Positions 19,217-30,001 are shown, counted from the stretch's first letter. The stretch is DNA of 64,000 nt from Candidatus Bathyarchaeota archaeon (GCA_963715865.1 OY970280.1:672001-736000), one strand, 5' to 3'. Translations and numbers: made by a program. The notes: generated by a model not told the origin, from the sequence alone.

Positions 19217-20365
19217 GTGGAATACCGTTCTTTTGGAAAACTCGATTGGAAAGCTTCAGCGCTGGGATTCGGTACCATGCGTTTACCAATCATCGGTGAA
19301 GACCAAGCAAAAGTCAACGAGCCTGAAGCCATAAAATTGATCAGATACGCGATAGATCAAGGCGTAAACTACGTTGACTCAGCCTTCACCTACCACGACG
19401 GCAACAGCGAAGTAACCTTGGGCAAAGCGCTCGCAGGAAAATACCGCAAAAAAGCAAAAATAGCTACGAAAATGCCAGTTTTCTCAGTGAAACGCAAAGA
19501 AGACTTGGATAGAATTCTGAACATGCAGATGACACGACTAAACACAAGCTACATCGATTTTTACCTGTTCCACAGCCTAAACAAAACATTATGGAACAAA
19601 GTTAAAAAACTGAACATGCTAAAGTGGGCTGAAAAACAAGTTGCAAAAGGAAGACTTGGCTACTTAGGTTTCAGCTTCCATGATGAATTGGAAGTGTTCA
19701 AGGAAATAGTCGATAGCTATGACGGGTGGACTCTTAGCCAAATACAATACAACTACTTGGACGAAAATTACCAAGCGGGAAAAACCGGTTTAAAATACGC
19801 AGCATCAAAAGGATTAGCCGTTGTAATAATGGAACCTCTCGCAGGCGGGCTTTTAGCAGTTAATCCACCAGTCGAAATCCGAAAAGAATTGGAAAAGGCA
19901 GAGGTTAGAAGAACACCGCCTGAGTGGGCTCTTCAATGGGTTTGGAGCCAGCCTGAAGTGTCAGTTGCCCTAAGCGGCATGAACTCCATGCAACAGGTCA
20001 AAGAAAACATAGAAAGCGCAAAAAAATCTGGCGCAAACACATTAAACAGTAAGGAACTTGAGCTGATTTCTAGAGCAAGTGAACTTTACCTTAAACGCGG
20101 ATATATAGGCTGTACACAATGCCGCTACTGCAGTCATTGCCCTCAAGGCATCGACATTCCTGTAATTTTGGCATTGCTCAATAAGTACGCAACCAAGTGT
20201 AGAGAGCTAAAAACTCAATTAAAATTAAAAGAAGCTTATGCTAAAGCGGTGCCTTCTGCTAAAAGGGCAAGTAACTGTATTCATTGTGGACAATGTGAAG
20301 CAGTTTGCCCCCAGCATCTCCCAGTACGCAAACTACTATCAGAAGCAAGGGCTAATTTTGAATAA
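19217..20365 (+). CDS. Aldo/keto reductase with C-terminal 4Fe-4S domain
   Basis: LGFGTMRLP, GVNYVDSA, QIQYNYLD, CTQCRYC and CIHCGQCEAVCP. Confidence 0.93.
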   Translation: MEYRSFGKLDWKASALGFGTMRLPIIGEDQAKVNEPEAIKLIRYAIDQGVNYVDSAFTYHDGNSEVTLGKALAGKYRKKAKIATKMPVFSVKRKEDLDRILNMQMTRLNTSYIDFYLFHSLNKTLWNKVKKLNMLKWAEKQVAKGRLGYLGFSFHDELEVFKEIVDSYDGWTLSQIQYNYLDENYQAGKTGLKYAASKGLAVVIMEPLAGGLLAVNPPVEIRKELEKAEVRRTPPEWALQWVWSQPEVSVALSGMNSMQQVKENIESAKKSGANTLNSKELELISRASELYLKRGYIGCTQCRYCSHCPQGIDIPVILALLNKYATKCRELKTQLKLKEAYAKAVPSAKRASNCIHCGQCEAVCPQHLPVRKLLSEARANFE

Positions 20366-20608
20366 TTCAGGCAAAAGTTAACTTTGTAGTTACAAGAAGT
20401 TGTAACTAGTTCTTATATAGCATTGTTTTCATCGTTATTAATGGAGAGCCCTTTGCTTTACTAAACAAACAGCTGTTTACATTGCTTCTGAAATACTGAA
20501 TCCTATCAGCATTCGGCCAATTAGCAAGGCAGGTTTAACAAAAAAGGATCTTTCAAAACCATTCAATGAACCTTGAAAGAGGTAGCCTTCTACCTAAAGG
20601 AGATATAA

Positions 20609-21436
20609 ATGATAATATTTGTTCACCAGCCAGAATATATGTCATGGCTTGGTTTCTTTGATAAACTTGCAAGATGCGATACTTTTGTCATCTATGATGA
20701 TGCACAATTTCAACACGGCGGATTTCACAATAGAAACAAAATTAGAACGGCGCAGGGTTGGGAATGGCTAACTGTACCCATTACTCATGGGCACCCACAA
20801 ACTATTAAGGATGTAAAAATAGCAGGAACCCAATGGAAAAATAAACATTTAAGTGCAATAACGAACAATTACGAAAAGACACCTTATTTTAAAGAATATT
20901 TTCCTTTAATTAAAGAAGCCATAGATTTCGACCATGAACTACTAATAAGCTTAAACCTGCACCTCATAAGAACATTTGCCGAAATCTTATCCATAAAAGT
21001 AAATATTGTCCGTTCATCCGAATTTCCTTATTGCGGAAAAGAAAAAAACGAAAAACTAGTATCCATGTGTAGATCTATGGGGGCTGACACGTATCTGTCA
21101 GGTTCTGGAGGAAAAGCCTACGTTAATGAAAGTTTGTTCTCACAAGCCAACATTAAGATTCAATGGCACTACTACGAGCACCCAATTTACAAACAAAGAT
21201 ACGAAGGCTTTCAACCTAACATGTCAATCATAGACTTGCTATTCAATACTGGCCCCCAAGCCAAAGAAATAATCCTAAAGGGCGGCACCATAAACACAAG
21301 CAACCTTTTAGATAACTTAGCACTTCCTAAAACTTTAATCATTGAACCAATAAAAAAAGCAACAAACAAATTTAGAATTTTACTATTTGGGCGTATTAAC
21401 AAAAAAGGGCGACTAACTGAGCATCTCCCTCAATAA
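20609..21436 (+). CDS. WbqC family protein
   Basis: HQPEYMSWLGFFDK, DDAQF, NRNKI, YLSGSGGKAY, MSIIDLLFN. Confidence 0.9.
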   Translation: MIIFVHQPEYMSWLGFFDKLARCDTFVIYDDAQFQHGGFHNRNKIRTAQGWEWLTVPITHGHPQTIKDVKIAGTQWKNKHLSAITNNYEKTPYFKEYFPLIKEAIDFDHELLISLNLHLIRTFAEILSIKVNIVRSSEFPYCGKEKNEKLVSMCRSMGADTYLSGSGGKAYVNESLFSQANIKIQWHYYEHPIYKQRYEGFQPNMSIIDLLFNTGPQAKEIILKGGTINTSNLLDNLALPKTLIIEPIKKATNKFRILLFGRINKKGRLTEHLPQ

Positions 21437-21512
21437 AGGTTCTCCTTCAATGCGCGAATATTGGAAATTTAAAAAACGCGAAGAGCGTAAAAAGAAGGCT
21501 AAAAAATGAAAG

Positions 21513-21641
21513 ATGAGGAACCCAGTGATAAATGAACTAGTAGAAAAAATCAACGCAATTCCAGCGGGACTTAAAGTTTTAGCAATCATAGTTTTCTCAA
21601 TTGACGCTGTAATTGTTCTGATTACTTTAGGAATCATTTAA
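21513..21641 (+). CDS. 42-aa single-pass membrane microprotein
   Basis: MRNPVINELVEKINAIPAGLKVLAIIVFSIDAVIVLITLGII; its stop abuts the AAGGAG SD of the next gene. Confidence 0.45.
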   Translation: MRNPVINELVEKINAIPAGLKVLAIIVFSIDAVIVLITLGII

Positions 21642-21655
21642 GGAGTTTACCCTTA

Positions 21656-21913
21656 ATGAAGCACCAAAAAACTTTAACTAATAACATGCGTTTAAACTTG
21701 AAATATGTATTCCATATCGTAGGGCTTTCAGGCTTGTTTGGCGCTGTTTCATTAATGTGCTTGACCTTCTACGGTATATCTACACAAGGCTATTTTCTTG
21801 GTGTTGAATCTAGATTGTGGATTCGTTACCCTGAAATTGGCTTAACCATCTTCAGCATGATCTACATTCTGTATTTGATTGCCGTTTATATTAAAGTGGT
21901 GCTTAAACTATGA
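21656..21913 (+). CDS. Small membrane protein
   Basis: 85 aa, two hydrophobic segments, SD AAGGAG. Confidence 0.55.
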   Translation: MKHQKTLTNNMRLNLKYVFHIVGLSGLFGAVSLMCLTFYGISTQGYFLGVESRLWIRYPEIGLTIFSMIYILYLIAVYIKVVLKL

Positions 21914-21914
21914 A

Positions 21915-22088
21915 GGCAAAAACACTTTAGTGTACATTGACCTGGAAAGACTTGCTTATCCTAACGGTGGTGACGACTACACTTCTAAAGCAGCAAGAAC
22001 CGAAGCTGAAGCTTTAAGCCTAATCGAAGCTGGATTTGACTATGTTTGCGATTTTCAAGACGTTAAACTGTTTAGGAAAAGGAAATGA
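21915..22088 (+). mobile_element. Tyrosine integrase C-terminal remnant
   Basis: KNTLVYIDL (catalytic Tyr region) then AEALSLIEAGFDYVCDFQDVKLFRKRK stop; homologous to 53585-53725. Confidence 0.7.
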
Positions 22089-22127
22089 CAATGACAGCAA
22101 AAGTTTACTATTTATCCATAAGCATGG

Positions 22128-22424
22128 TTAAAACTTCACGATTTGGGCGTGAGGTATGCCCTCTATTTTCAAAACCGCTTCAGGATGCACATAACCCTTC
22201 GCTATAGCTTTTTCAACACAGCACTTGCCTACAAGGTTCACTATGGTTGAATTATCAATCATTCCAATAGCTTCTTCAACACTCGCCTTTCGACCATTAT
22301 AAAACTCGTCTCTAACATGAAAGACAATTTTGCCTTCCCGAAGCGTCCTGCCGAGCAATTCACAGTCGCAGATAGCTAAAAGCACATTTCTGCCGTCCTT
22401 CTTGAGGTTTACATAGACTTCCAA
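22128..22424 (-). CDS. DUF424 family protein
   Basis: LLAICDCELLG, FYNG, NLVG...V..AI..GYV. Confidence 0.9.
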   Translation of the reverse strand: MEVYVNLKKDGRNVLLAICDCELLGRTLREGKIVFHVRDEFYNGRKASVEEAIGMIDNSTIVNLVGKCCVEKAIAKGYVHPEAVLKIEGIPHAQIVKF

Positions 22425-22436
22425 TTTTTAGCTCTC

Positions 22437-22853
22437 TCACAACTGTTTAATAGATGATTTTGCACCGCAAGCGTTGCATACTAGAAAAGACAAGCGTTTT
22501 TCCTTAACAACTCTGGTGTCAGGGCGCTTGCAAACTGGGCAAATTACATAGTTCTCTAAATACCTCTGCAATAACCGTTCGAAACTATCGGAGCGAAATT
22601 TTCCTTGAAATATTGCTCTTGAATCTTGAAAAGTTGCGGCTGTAGCCATTTCCCGCGTCAAAAACTTCAAAATATGCTGAGGATCACGATCCAAGGCATC
22701 CGCTACTTCCTTAAAATTAGAAATTATCGTTCGCATACCAACCGTGTTAACAAACAATCTTGGTAATTCTAAGCGCTCACGCTTTGTGGAAACTTCTGGC
22801 ATCTGAGCGCACGCCCTCTTTAGCAGTTCATCATAATTAAAGGTCATGTCCAC
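22437..22853 (-). CDS. eif2b: Translation initiation factor aIF-2 beta
   Basis: TIISNF, LDRDPQHILKFL, YVICPVCKRPDT...CNACGA zinc ribbon. Confidence 0.95.
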   Translation of the reverse strand: MDMTFNYDELLKRACAQMPEVSTKRERLELPRLFVNTVGMRTIISNFKEVADALDRDPQHILKFLTREMATAATFQDSRAIFQGKFRSDSFERLLQRYLENYVICPVCKRPDTRVVKEKRLSFLVCNACGAKSSIKQL

Positions 22854-23005
22854 ATCTCACCAAATCATGGTGCCAGCATATATTTAAAATTATAATTTAA
22901 AAACTATGCTTTTGCATGAACGAAAGAACGGATTTTTACATACAAATCAATATAAATTTGAAATAACAATCAACATTATCTTTAGTTTACATCAGAGGCC
23001 CGCTC

Positions 23006-23893
23006 ATGACAGAGCACCAGAAAACCAGCCAAATAGAAGACATTACCCAGCAAATTGAAAAGCTAAGAGAACAAACTAGCTTAGCGAACGCTCAAATCAA
23101 AAACTATGTTGAAAAAAGAAACCAGTTGAACGACCAAGTCAGGAAAGCCCATCAGGAAATCACTGAAATAAAAACTGAACGCGACAGCATAAATGAAAAA
23201 GTTAAGCTGCTAAAACAGCAAAGAGACTCTATCAGAGCAAAATCCACGCCGATCATCGATGAAGTAAACGCCATAAAACAAAAAATCTCTGAACTCAAAA
23301 AGAAAGTACCACGCGAAAGACAGCGAGACTTGCAAGAAGAGCTTGAAGCAATTGAATGGAAAATACAGACAAACTCTCTTGATTTGCAAGAAGAAAAAAG
23401 GCTAATAGAGAACGTCAAACAACTTGAAATCCAACTTAGCAGCTACAAAAAAATCGACCTGCGAAACAGAAAAATCAAGGACTTACTGACCCAACGGAGA
23501 ACCTTTGAGGCTCAAGCCGACGCGTGGCATAAGGAATTGACTGATTTAGCTACGAAAAGCCAAGAGTTACACTCAAATATGATGGAAAAAGTAAATAGTG
23601 TGAAAATTAACAAAGGTGAAGCTGATAGCTTACACCAAGCTTACATTAAAACAAAAGAACAAATTGCTCCCTTATATGAGAAAATCCGGGAATTGACTGA
23701 GCAATTAAAAAACTTGAAAGCTTCAGTTAAAGAGGAAGATAAAGTGAAGAAAATGGCGACTGAGCAAGCTATTAAAGAAAAGCTTGGGGCTGAAGCTAGG
23801 GATAAGCTTCAAAGGGGCGAAGAATTAAGTTGGAATGAGTTTCAACTTGTTATGGGTGACGGCGCTCAGGATGATTCAGAAACACAAGATTAA
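23006..23893 (+). CDS. Archaeal coiled-coil protein (COG1340-like)
   Basis: Long heptad repeats, IEWKIQT..LDLQEEK, KLQRGEELSWNEF. Confidence 0.8.
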   Translation: MTEHQKTSQIEDITQQIEKLREQTSLANAQIKNYVEKRNQLNDQVRKAHQEITEIKTERDSINEKVKLLKQQRDSIRAKSTPIIDEVNAIKQKISELKKKVPRERQRDLQEELEAIEWKIQTNSLDLQEEKRLIENVKQLEIQLSSYKKIDLRNRKIKDLLTQRRTFEAQADAWHKELTDLATKSQELHSNMMEKVNSVKINKGEADSLHQAYIKTKEQIAPLYEKIRELTEQLKNLKASVKEEDKVKKMATEQAIKEKLGAEARDKLQRGEELSWNEFQLVMGDGAQDDSETQD

Positions 23894-23926
23894 AGTTAAA
23901 TAGCAATATTATGGGAATAGAGATAG

Positions 23927-25156
23927 ATGGCGAAAAAGGAAACGCAAGAACAAACGCAAAAGCGAATCCTAATTTTATGTGTGGATAGAGATGGCGATAT
24001 AGAAACAAAAGCAGGAATAAAAACGCCTCTTCTAGGAAGGACCGCAAACTTAGACGGCGCAGTTGCCTTAGCCCTAAAAGACCCCGAAGAACCTGACGCA
24101 AACGCTATGTTTGAAGCCGTCCGCCTTCATGACAGGTTACAAAACGAAAAGCAGCCAGAAGAAATGTTTGAAGTCGCTACCATATCGGGTTCTGAGTTGG
24201 GTGGCGTTAGCGCGGATAGAAAATTGGTTGCTGAATTAAGTAATTTGCTGGATTCTTTTAGTGCAAACGAGGTAATTTTGGTTACAGATGGCTATTCTGA
24301 CGAAGCAGTTTTACCTCTTATTGAATCCAGAGTGCCCGTTTCATCCGTCAGACGGATAGTAATAAAGCATAGCGAATCAATCGAAGAAACTGCTGCCCTC
24401 TTCACAAAATACGTTCGACTATTAGTGGATAATCCTAGGTACGCTCGCATGGCGTTAGGTTTGCCTGGATTACTGGTTTTTATTTTTGGTATTCTTTGGG
24501 CTATTAACAATTTCGTTTATCCAGGCGCTATTTACTTTTACGGAATTACCATTGTAATTGTTGTAGGCGGTTACTTGCTTATCAAAGGCTTCGGCGTTGA
24601 CAAATCAGCTAAAGACTTCTATAAGTGGATAAAAGAATATTCGCCGCCGCCCCTACCAATGCAAATCTCAAATTACACAATTTTCGCCGGAATCTTATGT
24701 GTAGCCGTCAGCGTCTACCTGGGAATAGCAAACGTCACTATCAACGTGGCACCGTTTCCCAGCAATTTTGCCGGATGGCTTGCTATCACTCCAAGAATTG
24801 CTACATTCTTTATCAAAGGTATCATGGACCTTTTAGTGGTAGGGTTAATCATTGTTCTTCTTGGACGAAGCGTACGTTTATACATTGAAAGAGACTCAAA
24901 ATTGCTACGCAATGTTGCTTTGATAGTTTCAGTTGCGTGGTTTCGTTGGATCCTCGACGCAACAGCAAACATAATTTACAACCCAAGTAGCACGGGAGCG
25001 CCAATAGGTTTAAATGACCCGTTTTTTTCAAATTTCCTTTTCACAATAATAGTAGGCATTCTAATCGGCGTTGCTTCTGTACTATTAATTTTTATTGTTA
25101 ACAGGTCAGCTAAAGACTTCTTCCAAAAACCAGAAAAGACCCAAGCGACAAAATGA
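23927..25156 (+). CDS. DUF373 family membrane protein
   Basis: LILCVDRDGDI, DPEEPDANAMF, VTDGYSDE, IVIKHSESIE. Confidence 0.9.
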   Translation: MAKKETQEQTQKRILILCVDRDGDIETKAGIKTPLLGRTANLDGAVALALKDPEEPDANAMFEAVRLHDRLQNEKQPEEMFEVATISGSELGGVSADRKLVAELSNLLDSFSANEVILVTDGYSDEAVLPLIESRVPVSSVRRIVIKHSESIEETAALFTKYVRLLVDNPRYARMALGLPGLLVFIFGILWAINNFVYPGAIYFYGITIVIVVGGYLLIKGFGVDKSAKDFYKWIKEYSPPPLPMQISNYTIFAGILCVAVSVYLGIANVTINVAPFPSNFAGWLAITPRIATFFIKGIMDLLVVGLIIVLLGRSVRLYIERDSKLLRNVALIVSVAWFRWILDATANIIYNPSSTGAPIGLNDPFFSNFLFTIIVGILIGVASVLLIFIVNRSAKDFFQKPEKTQATK

Positions 25157-25280
25157 ATTTTTCCTTGCATTTTATTCTCGAATTAGAGCAAGACTTAATT
25201 GAAACTATCAAGGTTTTAACTATAATGCATAGTTGCATAGAAACCCTTGAAGAAACGTTTAACATGCGAGGTTACGCTTA

Positions 25281-26063
25281 GTGCTTAAAAAAGTTCTTTC
25301 TGTCATTGGCGCATACAAGATGTATGAGAAGTGGCTGTGGGAACAGGTTAAGAGCGGAGTAAAGCCTGAACACATTGCCATAATTTTAGATGGGAATAGG
25401 CGTTGGGCTTCAGAAAATGAGCTTAACCCATGGCTGGGGCATAAGCAGGGTGCGGAAACGGTTGAACATCTTTTAGATTGGTGTTTGAAACTTAACGTAA
25501 AGTTCATAACGCTATACGCGTTTTCAACTGAGAATTTTAGGCGTTCTCCTCAAGAAATAGAGGAGATAATGAGGATTTCTGAGGAAAAATTCCGTAAACT
25601 ATTAACTGACGAGCGCATTCATAGAAACAAGGTTCATGTTAAAGTCATCGGCAGAATTAATCTTCTTCCAGAAAGCCTACAGCAGCTAATTGGTGAAATG
25701 GAGAGCGCCACAGCAAATTATGATAATCAATTTTTGAATTTTGCTTTTGCTTATGGTGGAAGAGCAGAAATTGTTGATGCTGCCAAAATCATTGCTGAGC
25801 AGGTTAAGGATGGCAAGTTGGAACTGGATGATATTAACGAGAGCATGTTTGAGAAATATCTGTATACATCGCACATGACTAAACAGGAGCCAGATTTGAT
25901 TATTCGAACTTCAGGCGAAGAAAGACTGAGTGGTTTTCTGCTTTGGCAATCTGCGTATAGTGAGCTGGTGTTTTTGGATGTTTATTGGCCTGATTTCCGC
26001 TTTATTGACCTTCTCCGTGTCATTCGAACTTACCAGCTACGTAAGCGCCGTTATGGCGCCTAA
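25281..26063 (+). CDS. uppS: cis-prenyltransferase (undecaprenyl diphosphate synthase family)
   Basis: HIAIILDGNRRW, YAFSTENF, YGGRAEI, DLIIRTSGEERLSGFL. Confidence 0.95.
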   Translation: MLKKVLSVIGAYKMYEKWLWEQVKSGVKPEHIAIILDGNRRWASENELNPWLGHKQGAETVEHLLDWCLKLNVKFITLYAFSTENFRRSPQEIEEIMRISEEKFRKLLTDERIHRNKVHVKVIGRINLLPESLQQLIGEMESATANYDNQFLNFAFAYGGRAEIVDAAKIIAEQVKDGKLELDDINESMFEKYLYTSHMTKQEPDLIIRTSGEERLSGFLLWQSAYSELVFLDVYWPDFRFIDLLRVIRTYQLRKRRYGA

Positions 26064-26071
26064 CCAAGCGG

Positions 26072-27304
26072 TCAGGCACGTTTTTTCGCGCTAACTATTG
26101 AGATAACATCTCTGTCCTTTAAGATGGCGTCTTCGCCGATTCTTCTTTTGTCTCGAGCATCGATAGCGTAGATGAAGCTTTCTCCAAGTTCTGTGTGAAT
26201 TAAGTAGGCGAACTGGCGCGCAGTCGTTCCTTTAGGTATAAGATAAGCATCTGGCAAAACTCTCCCATTATGGTCAGATAGGTGCTCCAAATCTTCCACG
26301 GGGTAAACGGTTATCATGTTTAGAAGTTTAAAGTAAGCCATGTTTATGGCGTTTTGGATACCTGTTGAACCTTTTTTTTGGAGCACTTTTTCACGTACAG
26401 CTTCCAGTGCTTTAATTTGGTTTGGGGAAAGTTTTTCTGGCTGCGTTACCTTAAAGTTACAGTCACCTGGCTTGTAATCGATTAATTGTTTTTCGGCTGC
26501 GCGTCTAAGTGCAAGTTCAGCTTCTGCAGAACATGGAATAACCATGTAATCAAGCTCCTTCATCCTCTCCAAGTTCGCCTCAGCAGTTGGCAGATCGATT
26601 TTATTGGCAACTATCAGCATGGGTTTTGATATTCGTCTTAAAGTGTCAACAAACCGGTAAAAGTCTTCGTCAGACCATGTGGTGGGTTTATCTACGTTTA
26701 AGTTCGCCCTTTTGATGGCCTCAGCGACATGTTGACGTCTTATGCCTAAACCTGTTAAACGCTCTTCAAGGGGTACGGCAACGCCCTTTTTATCTGCTTC
26801 CGCTGTCCTGGCGATTTTCGGCCAATCTTTCTTAAGTATGGTTACCATCCACATTGTTATTTCATGTTCAAGAAACTTAACATCCTCAAGCGGGTCATGC
26901 TCGCCCGGTTTACAAACACGCCCTTCGCAGTCTGTTCCGCCTGAAGCGTCAACTATGTGGATAAGCGCGTCTGCTCTGCGTATTTCGTCTAGAAACTGGT
27001 TGCCTAAGCCGCGTCCTTCCCATGCGCCTGGAACAAGCCCAGCAATGTCGATTAATTCTACGGGAACAAGCCTTACACCATCTAGGCAAAGTGAATTTTT
27101 CGGGTTATCTTTTACTTTGAATTCCTCATGGACGCAGGGTGTGCGTACGTAGCCGACTCCCCTATTCGGCTTAATCGTCGTGAACGGGTAATTGGCTATT
27201 TCTGCTGCTACCAAGGTTGCGGCGCTGAAGAATGTGGATTTTCCCGTGTTAGGCTTTCCAATTACTCCAAGTAATCGCGAATAAGACCTTTGCATGAAAG
27301 ACAC
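26072..27304 (-). CDS. ychF: OBG-family ATPase/GTPase with TGS domain
   Basis: GKPNTGKST, YPFTTI, DIAGLVPGA, ANKID, C-terminal TGS. Confidence 0.92.
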   Translation of the reverse strand: MSFMQRSYSRLLGVIGKPNTGKSTFFSAATLVAAEIANYPFTTIKPNRGVGYVRTPCVHEEFKVKDNPKNSLCLDGVRLVPVELIDIAGLVPGAWEGRGLGNQFLDEIRRADALIHIVDASGGTDCEGRVCKPGEHDPLEDVKFLEHEITMWMVTILKKDWPKIARTAEADKKGVAVPLEERLTGLGIRRQHVAEAIKRANLNVDKPTTWSDEDFYRFVDTLRRISKPMLIVANKIDLPTAEANLERMKELDYMVIPCSAEAELALRRAAEKQLIDYKPGDCNFKVTQPEKLSPNQIKALEAVREKVLQKKGSTGIQNAINMAYFKLLNMITVYPVEDLEHLSDHNGRVLPDAYLIPKGTTARQFAYLIHTELGESFIYAIDARDKRRIGEDAILKDRDVISIVSAKKRA

Positions 27305-27481
27305 TTCACTGTTAGATACTGTTGCTGCTTGTAGTGCTATATTATTTACGCTTCAAAAAGGGAAAGTGGTGTTGTTTTGTTGTTCAGGCGCATGAAAAAA
27401 AGCAGACACCGACATTATAATAAACAAGTTATCCATAACTTTAACACAGTTCCATGAACTAAAAAAGGGAACTGAGACAAA

Positions 27482-29920
27482 GTGAATCGAATACGCTTAT
27501 CAAAATTTTTCGTATTCCTTGTTGTTTCTTTATTTATTTTAAGCTACTTTGCACAGGTTAAAATAACAACTTCGGCTGCGCAGCCAGAGGATGAATGGGT
27601 AGCTTATCCCATGCATATTACTCAACTATCTGGCTCTTCAGATCCAACAGGTTATTCCCCAGCCCAAATAAGAGTAGCGTATGGACTACCATCTTCAGGA
27701 GGCGCAGGAACCACAATCGCGATAATTGATGCTTATTACACACAAACTATTTGGAACGATTTAGGCAACTTTTCCGCCCAATTCAATCTGCCACTTCCGA
27801 CAAGCAGCAATTTTGAGGTACACAACATGTCAACAACTCTTCGTATAGCAGACAGCAATTGGACAATGGAAACTTGTCTCGATGTTGAATGGGCTCATGC
27901 TATCGCTCCAAATGCAACAATACTGTTAGTGGAAGCTACGAATGCTTATGATAATAGCCTTTTATTAGCTATTGATTATGCTAGAAATCGACCAGATGTG
28001 GTTGCTATTTCTATGAGTTGGGGCAGTGATGAATTCTTTTGGGAGACTAACCTTGATTCACATTTTACCAGTAGTTATGGGGCAGTTTTCTTTGCGTCCT
28101 CAGGGGACAGCGGGGCAGGAGTTTGGTGGCCTTCTAGTTCACCAAATGTGGTCGCTGTTGGAGGAACTACACTTTACTTTAATCCTGATGGAACCGTAAG
28201 TTCTGAGACTGCTTGGAGCGGAAGCGGCGGCGGACCAAGCATCTATGAAGCAATACCTAACTACCAAACAAGTTATGGTCTCAACTACTCCAAACGAGCT
28301 GTCCCTGACGTTTCTTACGACGCGAATCCTTCAACAGGGTTCGCTGTGTATTGCAATTCTTTATGGTATAAGGTCGGAGGCACCAGCGCGGGAGCACCTC
28401 AATGGGCAGCAATTCACGCTCTCGGTCTCTCAGCAACAAACGCTAACCTGTATCAGAAAGCGAAATTAGCTTACTCTTCTTACTTTCGAGATATCATTTC
28501 AGGATCGAACGGAGGCTTCAATGCAACCTCAGATTACGATTACGTTACGGGGTTAGGTAGCCCATTGACATGCGATTTTAGTTCACTTACAGTTTCCCCA
28601 ACTTCAGGCCCACCCGGTGGCTTAATTACGCTTAGTGGAATAGGCTTCACAGCAGGCAGTTCCGTAAACATTTCATACTTGAATCCCTCGAATTCCACTT
28701 GGGTTCCAATAGTTAATAACTGGGCAACTGATTCTCCACGTTTCACTTACAATATGACCGCTCCAGACCTTCTACGGAACAATCCAGCAAACGACAGCCA
28801 GCCCATCTTTGACACCATCGTTTTTCGAGCCCAAGATAACAGCACCGGCAATTCATACAACACAACAATTCCATACACGGAATGGCGTAGAGGCTTAACC
28901 CGAATAGGCAACGCAGCCGCAACAGGATTGTTTGGCAACAACACAAACCTTGCTACATCGGCTTTCGTTCAAAATGGTCAATCAATAGTTGTTGCGGGTA
29001 AATGGTTTAGCCCTGGCACTGCATCTTTGCTGTGGGACGGCACAATAGACTTGGGTACAGTGACAACAGACGGAACTGGACTCTTAAACGCAACAGTTGT
29101 AGTGCCAACCACGTCTGCAGGGCAGCATACGCTTACTATAAACGATGGAGTCTCAAACTTTTGCGTAAACCTAACTCGTTTGCCAACAGTAACCAATGAT
29201 TACGATGGTTTATGGCATGTAACAGATTTTCTCATAAATTTAACCCCGGACTACAACGTTAACGAAACATTTTACTCAATAAACAATGGATCCGTCTGCA
29301 ACGTTACCGTTAATGGGCAGCCAGTCATTACTACTGAAGGTAGCAATAACACGCTCGAATGCTGGAGCACATGGGACATTTACGGAACAGGCACCATGGA
29401 GCTTCCACATGTGACCTTAACGGGAATTGAACTGGACAAAACAGCTCCAACAGGTTCTATAACAACGAGCAGCAATCATGTTGACACGACTATAATCACG
29501 CTCAGTTTATATGCAACCGACAGCGTTTCAGGGGTTGCACAGATGCGTTTCTCTAACGGTAACGATGAATGGTCAAGTTGGGAGCCATACGCTACTTCAA
29601 AAACTTGGACCTTACAAAACGGTGATGGCCAAAAAACCGTAACCGTTCAATACATGGATAACGCAGGCTTAATCTCCTCGCAATATAGTTGCACAGTAAT
29701 TCTTGACACTTCGGAAACTTCAAACCCATCACTAGCAACCTCAAGTCCTTCGTCTACTCCAACTCCTTCGCCTGCTCCAAGCAATTCACCATCTCCTGAG
29801 CCTTCGGCAACACCTGAAATTCCAGAGTTAAGCGTTCAAATGATTCTTGTCCTGCTTGCTGTGTCAACCCTTTCGCTCGCGGTTGCATACAAAAGAAAAG
29901 CGCCAAAAAATCAATGCTAA
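27482..29920 (+). CDS. Cell-surface S53 (sedolisin) peptidase with Ig-like domains and C-terminal sorting signal
   Basis: ETCLDVEW, SSGDSG, GGTSAGAPQW, YDYVTGLGSP; Pro/Ser/Thr linker, PEL, TM helix, KRK. Confidence 0.9.
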   Translation: MNRIRLSKFFVFLVVSLFILSYFAQVKITTSAAQPEDEWVAYPMHITQLSGSSDPTGYSPAQIRVAYGLPSSGGAGTTIAIIDAYYTQTIWNDLGNFSAQFNLPLPTSSNFEVHNMSTTLRIADSNWTMETCLDVEWAHAIAPNATILLVEATNAYDNSLLLAIDYARNRPDVVAISMSWGSDEFFWETNLDSHFTSSYGAVFFASSGDSGAGVWWPSSSPNVVAVGGTTLYFNPDGTVSSETAWSGSGGGPSIYEAIPNYQTSYGLNYSKRAVPDVSYDANPSTGFAVYCNSLWYKVGGTSAGAPQWAAIHALGLSATNANLYQKAKLAYSSYFRDIISGSNGGFNATSDYDYVTGLGSPLTCDFSSLTVSPTSGPPGGLITLSGIGFTAGSSVNISYLNPSNSTWVPIVNNWATDSPRFTYNMTAPDLLRNNPANDSQPIFDTIVFRAQDNSTGNSYNTTIPYTEWRRGLTRIGNAAATGLFGNNTNLATSAFVQNGQSIVVAGKWFSPGTASLLWDGTIDLGTVTTDGTGLLNATVVVPTTSAGQHTLTINDGVSNFCVNLTRLPTVTNDYDGLWHVTDFLINLTPDYNVNETFYSINNGSVCNVTVNGQPVITTEGSNNTLECWSTWDIYGTGTMELPHVTLTGIELDKTAPTGSITTSSNHVDTTIITLSLYATDSVSGVAQMRFSNGNDEWSSWEPYATSKTWTLQNGDGQKTVTVQYMDNAGLISSQYSCTVILDTSETSNPSLATSSPSSTPTPSPAPSNSPSPEPSATPEIPELSVQMILVLLAVSTLSLAVAYKRKAPKNQC

Positions 29921-30001
29921 CTCGCCATCCCTGATTGAAAAAACCTCAAGGTTTTGTTGCTGATAGGTTTTTAAGGCTGAGCAATTTAGTTTTTCTGATA
30001 G

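Noticed and set aside
21413-21637. 74-aa minus-strand ORF in the track
   Set aside because: Antisense to a better plus-strand membrane ORF (21513-21641) that is co-oriented with its neighbours
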